Shown in pieces: positions 1 to 8,319 of a stretch of DNA of 64,000 nt. Position numbers and translations under genes: made by a program. The notes beneath the pieces are model-generated. The model was not told where the DNA came from. It saw only the letters and a program-made list of their open reading frames with translations, and made no database searches. The DNA is from Nitrosarchaeum sp. (GTDB taxonomy: Archaea; Thermoproteota; Nitrososphaeria; Nitrososphaerales; Nitrosopumilaceae). The DNA is taken from NCBI GenBank assembly GCA_965223865.1, contig OZ245020.1, positions 992,001 through 1,056,000 on the forward strand, written 5' to 3'. Within the stretch, counting starts at the first letter, position 1; each line of letters begins with the position of its first letter.

Positions 1-67
1 AAAACCAACGCTAAAAAACATTCATGGATCTTATTAAGTAGTTTGTACAATATAGACAGTAGAAATA

Positions 68-778
68 TTGATTGTAGATACAGAACAAAAATCAAAAACT
101 AAAGTCATTGTCCTAAAACCACATGTTGATAATTCAGAAGTTCAGGAATTGATTGAAAGGAAAAAAGCAGATTACTTTAGGCATCTTTTAAGAAAACCAG
201 ACAAATCTGAAGTTCATGTCCATTCATTGGTTTTGGTGTATGAACCATTTATGATACTATCAGGACAATACAATGCGGATTTTCTACGAAAAACTACTCA
301 CGAAATCAAGGTAGATCATAATGTAAAAGAGATTTTTTTTGGCGAAGGGGTGTTTCCTGCATCAAACTACACGACATCTAGCAAGTTTGGCTCAAAACTA
401 CGAGGAAATTCAGTGCCTCTCGAACTTGAAGAACATGTCTTTGTCACAGAAGAAAAGGAGCTAATCTTGGATCATCATGGCGAGGTTAGAAAATTCACCT
501 ACAAAGTAGATGCAAAGGATGTTGAAAACTATCCAAAGAGGATTTTAAAGAAAAATACTGTCAAAGAATTTGAGATAACAGAAGAGGCTGCAATTAAGAA
601 ACTTGCCAATTCCTTACAGACACATCAAAGCTTTGAAGATGTACGAGATCTCAACGAAAATTTACTAATAAATGAGATAACAGAAATCTATATTCCGATA
701 TTTGAGGCAAGGTTGATTGGACCTAAAAAGAAAGTCCAAATAGTGCGATTTGACGCAATAAAAAAGAAGTTTCTGTAG
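68..778 (+). CDS. Conserved hypothetical protein; intact paralog of the broken gene at 3789-4390
   Basis: 236-aa ORF with TTG start; shares VHVHS, GEGVFP, EEH, LDHHG and NYP motifs with 3926-4390; T-rich tract follows the stop. Confidence 0.8.
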   Translation: MIVDTEQKSKTKVIVLKPHVDNSEVQELIERKKADYFRHLLRKPDKSEVHVHSLVLVYEPFMILSGQYNADFLRKTTHEIKVDHNVKEIFFGEGVFPASNYTTSSKFGSKLRGNSVPLELEEHVFVTEEKELILDHHGEVRKFTYKVDAKDVENYPKRILKKNTVKEFEITEEAAIKKLANSLQTHQSFEDVRDLNENLLINEITEIYIPIFEARLIGPKKKVQIVRFDAIKKKFL

Positions 779-1024
779 AATTTTTATTTTTCCTCAAATA
801 TTTTTCTATTTTTTTTAAACTTATTTCCTGTCAGAGATTTCATATGATAGTACTATTATACAAAAGATTTGTTACAAAATCAAATTAATATTCGCTCAAA
901 CATCAGATTTAGAAAAAAAACTGGAACTGAACAACCTGTCCTTAATGTACAAGAAATCATTATGATTATTACACTGCTAAACAATTCCCAGTTTTGGAAA
1001 GCAAAAAAGAAGTGACATTTTTTG

Positions 1025-1468
1025 TTATTTTACTACAAGTAGTGGGCATTTCAGGTCCCTTACAAGATAGTTTGCCATGCTTTCATGGTATTTTCCTTCA
1101 GTAGCAATTAGCTTGGTCTGACCTATTACCACAAGGCCAATGTGATTTTTCTCAACATATTCTGAAATAGTGTTTGGGGCAAAAGATGATTTTAGAATTA
1201 CTTGTTTTATTGGCTTGTTCAGTTCCTTTATTTCAGATGAAATTTTTTTCAATTCATTTTCAACGATCTTCTTTTCTTGTTCAAATTTCTGTTTCTTGGC
1301 TTCCCTTCTAAAAAATGACAGTATTGACTGGTTTTCGACACATGTCAACAATGTAACTTGTCCATTAACCTTCTTTGCAAGTTCTATGGCAGCTTTTAAT
1401 CCTCGTTTTGCTCCTGCAGTTGCATTATAAGGTACTAAAATTGATTCAAAATCAAATTCTTCACTCAT
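1025..1468 (-). CDS. Universal stress protein (UspA family)
   Basis: ILVPYN...A..LAKK N-terminus, LVVIG, CPLLVVK C-terminus. Confidence 0.9.
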   Translation of the reverse strand: MSEEFDFESILVPYNATAGAKRGLKAAIELAKKVNGQVTLLTCVENQSILSFFRREAKKQKFEQEKKIVENELKKISSEIKELNKPIKQVILKSSFAPNTISEYVEKNHIGLVVIGQTKLIATEGKYHESMANYLVRDLKCPLLVVK

Positions 1469-1513
1469 ATTTCACATATTCATTAATTGTATTTGAATTT
1501 AAACAAGAATTCA

Positions 1514-1594
1514 AAATCAAATGAGAAGGCAGTTTGCGTGACTAAATCCACTGCAACTATTATGCTGCAAAGAGGATGGGCAGACTACTTTTAG
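1514..1594 (+). pseudogene. Orphan 3' remnant of a gene ending in the 'CV...RGW' module
   Basis: Reads KSNEKAVCVTKSTATIMLQRGWADYF* with no start; matches the module found in eight proteins at 34-63 kb. Confidence 0.65.
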
Positions 1595-1709
1595 TGTATA
1601 CAAAAGACACTGACCTGAGGATAATGCTATTTCTGATAAATGTGTAAATCCCACGACTGAAAATCAAGTTTACATACTTTATTATGTTTTTGTTTTTATG
1701 TGAACTAGT

Positions 1710-2435
1710 ATGAGTTCACAAGAAATTACAAATGAAAAAATTTTGATTGTGGCATTTCCCAGCGTAGGTCTGGTGGGAGCTTTTGCTACATCTTACCTTG
1801 TCACGCAATTACAAATGAAAGATATGGGAGAACTAGAATTTGCCGAGATTTCTCCAACATATACAATTAAAAATGGAGAAATCTATGGACCAATTCGCAT
1901 CTACAACAAGGATAACATATATGCCATTTTAGCCAGCATTCCGTTGAGTCCCATCTCCACATATGATCTAATTATAAAGTCAATAGAGTTTGCAAAAAAT
2001 AACAATATCAAAAAATTAATTATTCCACGAGGATTGGAAGTTAGCAAAGAATACAAAGATGAACCTAAATCATATGGCCTGGCCGTGAACAATATTTCAA
2101 AACCCCTTTTAGATGAACATAATTTACCAATTATTCCCGGTGCAACAATTCTTGGTGCTGATGCGAGTGTTATTTCTGCATTAAAAAATTCTGAAATTTT
2201 GTGCATTGTTTTGTACACTACTTGCCGTATGATGATGCCTGATGATGATGCCATCATTAAAGCCGTCAACACGCTTGCAGACGTCATTAATGTCAAAGTG
2301 GAAACTGAACAGTTTGAGGAGAGGCTTGAAAAGATAAGTAAAGAAAACGAGAAACTAATAGAAGAAACTAAAAAATATTTTGACAATCTAAAAGGAAAAC
2401 CTGCATCCATACCACAGCCGCCTGGAGTAGCATGA
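1710..2435 (+). CDS. PAC2 (proteasome assembly chaperone) family protein
   Basis: ILIVAFPSVGLVG motif, PIRIY, PD..A near the C-terminus, C-terminal coiled coil. Confidence 0.8.
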   Translation: MSSQEITNEKILIVAFPSVGLVGAFATSYLVTQLQMKDMGELEFAEISPTYTIKNGEIYGPIRIYNKDNIYAILASIPLSPISTYDLIIKSIEFAKNNNIKKLIIPRGLEVSKEYKDEPKSYGLAVNNISKPLLDEHNLPIIPGATILGADASVISALKNSEILCIVLYTTCRMMMPDDDAIIKAVNTLADVINVKVETEQFEERLEKISKENEKLIEETKKYFDNLKGKPASIPQPPGVA

Positions 2436-2552
2436 TTTTTAATATTTCAGATGTCGCTAATGTAGATTTGTTTTTTTACAATAAATGTTTCGCCATTTTT
2501 TTGTTTGAAAAAGTATATGTGAATTTATTTAACACTACCTGATATTGTCTTT

Positions 2553-3026
2553 GTGTATAATACTATTCTAGTTCCTCATGCTGGTACCTCCGCAGGTGAT
2601 GAGGCATTAAAGCATGCAGTACACATTGCAAAGAGCTCATCTGCTAAGATCATACTATTGCATATAATCGAAGAAATTCAAAGACCCCCTACATTTGGAC
2701 TGTCTGAATCTGAAAGAGAAAAAATCCTAGACAACATAAGGGATGCCAATGAATCCATACGAGCAGAATCAAAAAAAGAGATGGAGAAAAGAGCAGACAC
2801 ACAATGTAAAGAAAATAAAATTGAAACTGAAGTTAGAGTACGTGTAGGCGATGCCGCACAGATAATTTTAGACACAATAGAGCAAGAAAATGTAGATCTT
2901 GTAGTTATGGCAAAAAGAAGAAAGCTGAAGGGAGTAAAAAAACTGCTTAGTCTTGGAAGTGTCTCAAGAAAAGTGGTTGAAAACGTTACATGCCCTGTCA
3001 TGTTGCTTGATATAGAAAACTTGTGA
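2553..3026 (+). CDS. Universal stress protein (UspA family)
   Basis: ILVPHAG, GDAAQII, DLVVMA, LGSVSRKVV..CPVM. Confidence 0.92.
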   Translation: MYNTILVPHAGTSAGDEALKHAVHIAKSSSAKIILLHIIEEIQRPPTFGLSESEREKILDNIRDANESIRAESKKEMEKRADTQCKENKIETEVRVRVGDAAQIILDTIEQENVDLVVMAKRRKLKGVKKLLSLGSVSRKVVENVTCPVMLLDIENL

Positions 3027-3280
3027 TAGTTTAGTCATCTGGATTGCATAATGATGAAATGATAATATGCAAAACAATCTTGATTTCACATAGTGAAATT
3101 GTTGTTACTTGATGTCGCTCTAGGCTAACAAAAATTACTATGTGTTGAGTATTTTTAATTGATATTTCGTGAATAGCAATTCACACTCTAAATTTATGTG
3201 TCTAAGATAATTTAATTGAGAAAAATAACTTTTAATATAATCTGTAAGTATGTATGAAAAAAACCTACTCATCAACAATT

Positions 3281-3685
3281 CTAAACTGTAGTAATTGTAA
3301 TCTCATCAAATATCTCTTCTGCCTTTTTAATTATTTTCTTGTCATCTGCAACAGACTCTGCTGTAACGAGTACCAAGTTTTCTCCAATTGGCACACTGAT
3401 AACCAGCTGCTTTGCTCTTCTGGATGCAATATAATCAATTGGACCAAAAACATCATCAAGATCCTGTCTCATATTGAAATCAAGCTGCATCTGCATGTAA
3501 AACATACCTATCTTTTCATCAGACAACAATGGTTTTATCCCTTCTTTGAAACCACCTGCAATCAAACGACCCAGTGAATTTATTACTCCGACGTGTTGAA
3601 CTTTTTCTTCATGGGATAGTTTTTTGCAAGCATTATCCAATTCCTTAATCTTTTCTGGAGATATGATTGCCATAATCGCTAGCAA
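3281..3685 (-). CDS. Thaumarchaeal roadblock/PAS-like small protein (DUF6659-like)
   Basis: GVINSLGRLIAGGFKEGIKPL...D..FGPIDYIASRR pattern typical of this expanded family. Confidence 0.75.
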   Translation of the reverse strand: MLAIMAIISPEKIKELDNACKKLSHEEKVQHVGVINSLGRLIAGGFKEGIKPLLSDEKIGMFYMQMQLDFNMRQDLDDVFGPIDYIASRRAKQLVISVPIGENLVLVTAESVADDKKIIKKAEEIFDEITITTV

Positions 3686-3788
3686 ATTTCGAGTAATTTT
3701 AACTAATGTTTGAATAAAGAAAATTTAGGAAAATAGTACCAGTATAAACTGATATTTTTAACTATGAACAATTGTAATATGTAACAAC

Positions 3789-4390
3789 ATGACCAAAGAT
3801 GACGTCAAAAATGATGATGATTATTCACAAGACTCTGTTGATCTTGCGCATGTAGAACAAAAAACAGTTGTTCTAAAAAACCAACTGGAAGAAGAAGATG
3901 CCGACCAAATTATTTATAGCAAAAAATGTCCTTGTTTGGTTCGGCATTTAGCAGACCAAAACCTGAGGAGATACATGTTCATTCTAAGATAACTGCATAC
4001 GAATCATACCTAATAATTTCAGGAAAATATGAGGTCGATTTTTACCGAAAGGCTTTACATAAAATAAATGTGGATGGGGATGTTACAGAGATTCTCATAG
4101 GCGAGGGGGTATTTCCTATCAAATCAAAATCAGGAGTTTGGGATAAATTTGAAGATAAGATGAAAGAAGGTATTGGAATTGACAAAGAAGAAGTAGAGAT
4201 AGAAGTGGAAGAACATGCCATAAGACGTCAGAGCGGTACGTTAACATTGGATCATCATGGAAACGAAGTCAAAGAATTTCAATACAAAATTGATTCATCA
4301 ACAATTGCAAACTATCCAAGATCCGTTGATAAGAAAAAGAGAATAGAAATACTAAGAATTGACGGAGTAACTAAAAAGATTCTAAACTAA
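3789..4390 (+). pseudogene. Frameshifted and internally deleted paralog of 68-778
   Basis: ORFs 3789-3992 and 3926-4390 join into one homolog if the A6 run at 3921-3926 gains one A; about 55-60 aa are missing after NYPR (~4320). Confidence 0.75.
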
Positions 4391-4767
4391 ATCTTATCTA
4401 ACAAATCCTTTTTCTTTGAATTAAATTCTTTTTCAGTTATTATTCCTTGTTCTTTTAGCTTTGCAAGTCTCTCTAGCAGATTTATTATTTCGTTTTTTGA
4501 ATCAACTGATTTTGGTCTTAGTTTTTTTGCGGCATCCCAACTGTCATCTACTACATCATCAATCTTTTCACCTAATTCTTCAGCTTCTCTTGCAGCAATT
4601 TTGCTAAGCTCAATGCCTTGGCGCCTTATTTCATCTGCTTTTTTTGCAAGATTTTCTAAAAATCCTTTCTTTGGCAGAGAACCTCGTGCAATTTTGGTTT
4701 CAGCGTGTTCCCAATCATTATCAGGTACAATATTTTCTGACTGTTCATCTTTCTTGTCAGTACTCAT
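4387..4767 (-). CDS. SHOCT-domain protein
   Basis: C-terminal LERLAKLKEQGIITEKEFNSKKKDLL; start moved to MSTDKK (4767) because the longer ORF runs over the divergent intergenic region. Confidence 0.8.
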   Translation of the reverse strand: MSTDKKDEQSENIVPDNDWEHAETKIARGSLPKKGFLENLAKKADEIRRQGIELSKIAAREAEELGEKIDDVVDDSWDAAKKLRPKSVDSKNEIINLLERLAKLKEQGIITEKEFNSKKKDLLDKI

Positions 4768-4893
4768 ACAGTAAATACAACACCCTCGTAAATAAACTCC
4801 AATATCATAACAGTACATTATTAGATTATTTTCAAACATTAGATAGCATAGGACTCGATAACGCTGGAGATTGCTAACAGGTCTGATATTTCC

Positions 4894-5115
4894 ATGAAGA
4901 TAACCGATCTTGAGCAAAAGATAGACATGCTAGTAGAAGAACAGGCAAAACACCAGACAGAGCTAAACAAACTTGCAGTACTATCAGAAAAACCTGCATA
5001 TTACGAACAAAAAGTTACAGAACACTCCAACAAGATAATTCAGCTAAGAAACGAGATCAGAGAAGCAAAATTCCAGCTGTATGGAAGCATGTGTGAGGTA
5101 TACAAAAACCCATAA
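4894..5115 (+). CDS. Small coiled-coil hypothetical protein
   Basis: 73 aa, heptad pattern, T-rich tract after the stop. Confidence 0.65.
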   Translation: MKITDLEQKIDMLVEEQAKHQTELNKLAVLSEKPAYYEQKVTEHSNKIIQLRNEIREAKFQLYGSMCEVYKNP

Positions 5116-5207
5116 TTCTTTATTTTTTTATATCCATAATTTTGTTATGATAATTGACACACAACCAATGTTAATTCTTACATGACTAAAAACAAAAAAG
5201 AGGTAGA

Positions 5208-6263
5208 TTATTTGTTAAGGACTATGGCATAGCTTACCGTAAATGGAGTTTCATTCATTGTGTGTACTGCAAGTGCGTTGCCAGAAAACACCCAAGAACC
5301 AGCCGACTTTTTAGGATCTACCAAAACCAAGGCGTATTTTGTCTTGCCGTCTGTAGTCCAAGTAGGCTGTCCTGCAAGCTCACCTTCTGGAATTGGTCCA
5401 ATCAAAGTAACTAACTGAATTGGTTCAGATGCATCATATGTCAAATGTCCTCTGTAAATCTTCTTGTCCATTGGTGGAAGTAATACTGCAAGCTGGTGTG
5501 ACTCGTGTCCCATTCCAGGATCCTGCTCTGAGGTCATTGTTCCTCTGAGGATCTTTTGGTTGTCAACTGTATGCTCAGTGTATGTGACAGAATATGTTAC
5601 TGTGAATGGTTTTGTGTTTTTTGTGTGAACCGCAAGTGCGTTTCCTGTAAACTGCCATACTCCTGCAGAGTTTTGGTTGTCGACAAGCGTTAGACCATAC
5701 TTTGTCTTTCCATCAGTTGTCCATATTGCTTGTCCCTTGTCCTTGCCTTCTGCAAGTGGTCCGTTTAATGCAACTAGCTGTACATTTTCTGATGCAGAGT
5801 ATGTCAGGTGGCCTCTATAGATTTTGTCACTTGGTTGTAGTATGATGGCCAGTTGATGACTTTCATGACCCAACCCTGGATCCTGTTTTGATACAATACT
5901 TCCAGTAACTGTCTTTGAAGTCTTTGTCGTAGCAGATGATTGTTGTTTTGCTTGCTTCATTGTTTCTGCTTTTTTGTCTTTTGTTGGTACTTGTGTTGCC
6001 TTTTTAGCCTCTTCAGTCTTTTTTTCAGTCTTTATCTCTTCTTTCTTTTTGCTACTTTCTTCTTTGGCTTTTTCTGATCTTACTTCAGAACATAATTTGT
6101 CACCGCAAACTACTCCTTTGGTGGCAGAGCCATACTTTGATGATGATACTCCTTTACCCTGGAGTGCATCAGCTGTTTGTAGCAGATTTAAGGGGCCAGA
6201 CACTGCACCTAACAAAAGCACAGAGACTGTAAACAATGCAACAAAAGTTGTTTTATTTGTCAT
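5208..6263 (-). CDS. Secreted protein with a duplicated His-containing domain
   Basis: Signal peptide (MTNKTTFVAL...), GVVCGDKLC motif, Lys-rich linker, two ~115-aa repeats each with QDPGxGHESHQLA...ALAVH. Confidence 0.85.
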   Translation of the reverse strand: MTNKTTFVALFTVSVLLLGAVSGPLNLLQTADALQGKGVSSSKYGSATKGVVCGDKLCSEVRSEKAKEESSKKKEEIKTEKKTEEAKKATQVPTKDKKAETMKQAKQQSSATTKTSKTVTGSIVSKQDPGLGHESHQLAIILQPSDKIYRGHLTYSASENVQLVALNGPLAEGKDKGQAIWTTDGKTKYGLTLVDNQNSAGVWQFTGNALAVHTKNTKPFTVTYSVTYTEHTVDNQKILRGTMTSEQDPGMGHESHQLAVLLPPMDKKIYRGHLTYDASEPIQLVTLIGPIPEGELAGQPTWTTDGKTKYALVLVDPKKSAGSWVFSGNALAVHTMNETPFTVSYAIVLNK

Positions 6264-6390
6264 TGGATTGACACGATCGTTCTTGAATTTAAACAATAGT
6301 TTTTTTCATTTTATTTTACACTGGTTGCATTTTGGTGTCTTGTTCGATATTTTGTTCTTGAATATATTTCTCATCAAATTTTCTTTATTT

Positions 6391-8184
6391 TCACTTTTTG
6401 CCTTGTTCATCTTCCTCTTTTTTTGGGTCCCCAATACCATATTCATCTTCCTCTTTTTTTGGGTCCCCAATACCATATTCATCCAGAATATGTTTGCGCT
6501 CTTCATCGTATTTTGAGATTTCCTCAAATTCTCTTTTTTCATCTCCCTGGTAGATTGTTCTGATTGGCCAGGGAATCCGTATGTCATATTTTTTGAACTC
6601 TTTGTACATCATCATACGCATGTCACTTTCTACTTTGAATTGTGAGCCATAATCTCTGACGTACACCCACATCGCAAAATATAACGATGAATCGTCAAAT
6701 TTTCGAAATCTTACCTTTGGCTGTTCCATATCAACTAGGACGTCCTTGTCACATCCACAGCTTGGCTTGCCTTCCAGAAGATAAGGGCACTGCTCTTGAA
6801 TTATCATGTGGGCGCCATCTGAGTCGATTATCTCTTTCATTGCTCTTTTTCCTATCTTTACTAGTATTGCAGCAACTTGTTCTGGATCATTTAGATATGA
6901 TACGCCAACGTCAATCTCTGCTGGAACAAGCTTGAATGAGGTGGTATAGTTGATGATTTTTGATGTAACAAGTTGCCTTGTTGGAATAATTGCCAATGAC
7001 TCGTTTAGAGCATGTCTGATGTATGTTACACGAGGCGTGATTCGATGAACATACCCATTGTATCCATCCACCTCAATTCTGTCCCCTTCCAGAAATATTC
7101 TGTCTTTTCTGATAAAGACATATGCAAAGTAATTTTCCATTGTATCTTTTAGTGCAAAACCTATTCCGATTGACAAACCTCCAGTGGCAGTAGCTAAAAC
7201 AACAAGATCAACCTGCCACCATGCAACAATTCCAAGAAAGACTGCTACGTTGACAATTATCGGAATCCATTGTCTGAATGATTTTGGTATGTCTTGTACT
7301 CTTTTTTGTGCCCATCCGGGTGGTTGTCCGCCAGGTATGATCGGAGCATAATCTCCAAGTCTTTTTTGTTCAGTCCAAATATCAAAAGGATACACTTCTT
7401 GAGGAGTCACACCTAGTCTTAGTTTGTGTCCTGCAGCGTTGTTTCCTATTGTACAATCCTCAAGATATTTTAGGTATTTTCTTTTTTCAGATTTTTTCCA
7501 TTCCTTTAGAGGATCATCTACTAATTCTTTGTAGCTACCTATGGTAAACCCACGAGTTGTTCTAAACTGCTCAAGACTCTTTTTTCCCTTTTTTGTCTTC
7601 AACAGTTTATGAAATACCTCATCGGACATATTTTTGGGTGAATACTTTGGAGGAATCCATTCAAAAATTTTATGAAAAAAGTCTGGCTTATCGTCTGCAA
7701 ATCCCGTCATCATTTTCCAAGAATCAAAATCAATACGTTCCTGTTTTATCCTGTCGTATTTTGTAATTAGAATCGGAATCAATTGAGATACTGCATAACC
7801 AACTGCAAAAATATTCATTGATGTTAGCAGTTTCGCGAAGATCTCTCGTTGAGTTAGATGATCACTTGCTTGAGCTTCAAGCACTTCGATTCTTTCATCA
7901 AAGAGCTCAAAGATCTGAACATATACATTGACAGCGGTAATGATAGCTATGGCAAAAAATGGCAACATTGCCTTTCTAGTAAATTCTGCTAACTCTGGAT
8001 GAATGTGGCTTATTCTTTTTGAGGTGGCCCATCTTGCAAAACTTCTATGTATTGCAACAATAGAAATTATTCCAATTATGAGAATTACAAGTGCTATCTG
8101 AATCAAAGGTGATGATAATACGAGCTCACTTAGTGTTTGAACTTGGCTTGCATTAATACCGGATACTATTGCTTCTTCTACCAC
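6391..8184 (-). CDS. MscS-family mechanosensitive channel with large N-terminal extension
   Basis: GGLSIGIGFALKDT, GDRIEVDGYNG.V..I..R.T, VGVSY, IRIPWP motifs. Confidence 0.88.
   Translation of the reverse strand: MVEEAIVSGINASQVQTLSELVLSSPLIQIALVILIIGIISIVAIHRSFARWATSKRISHIHPELAEFTRKAMLPFFAIAIITAVNVYVQIFELFDERIEVLEAQASDHLTQREIFAKLLTSMNIFAVGYAVSQLIPILITKYDRIKQERIDFDSWKMMTGFADDKPDFFHKIFEWIPPKYSPKNMSDEVFHKLLKTKKGKKSLEQFRTTRGFTIGSYKELVDDPLKEWKKSEKRKYLKYLEDCTIGNNAAGHKLRLGVTPQEVYPFDIWTEQKRLGDYAPIIPGGQPPGWAQKRVQDIPKSFRQWIPIIVNVAVFLGIVAWWQVDLVVLATATGGLSIGIGFALKDTMENYFAYVFIRKDRIFLEGDRIEVDGYNGYVHRITPRVTYIRHALNESLAIIPTRQLVTSKIINYTTSFKLVPAEIDVGVSYLNDPEQVAAILVKIGKRAMKEIIDSDGAHMIIQEQCPYLLEGKPSCGCDKDVLVDMEQPKVRFRKFDDSSLYFAMWVYVRDYGSQFKVESDMRMMMYKEFKKYDIRIPWPIRTIYQGDEKREFEEISKYDEERKHILDEYGIGDPKKEEDEYGIGDPKKEEDEQGKK
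6406..6483. repeat. 36-bp tandem duplication in the MscS 3' end
   Basis: TTCATCTTCCTCTTTTTTTGGGTCCCCAATACCATA twice plus TTCATC; encodes DEYGIGDPKKEE twice. Confidence 0.95.
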
Positions 8185-8319
8185 GTAACTTTATTGCAAG
8201 GCAGGAATTTATCTATAATGACTCAATTAGATTGAGGGTAATCTTACTTTACATTATTGCATTCATTACCTTCTATATTCCTGAGAATCTTTTATTAACT
8301 ACAATCGTTTTTCTGAAAC

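Noticed and set aside
6306-6587. 93-aa ORF with repeated MNMVLGTQKKRK
   Set aside because: Alternative frame of the MscS 36-bp duplication.
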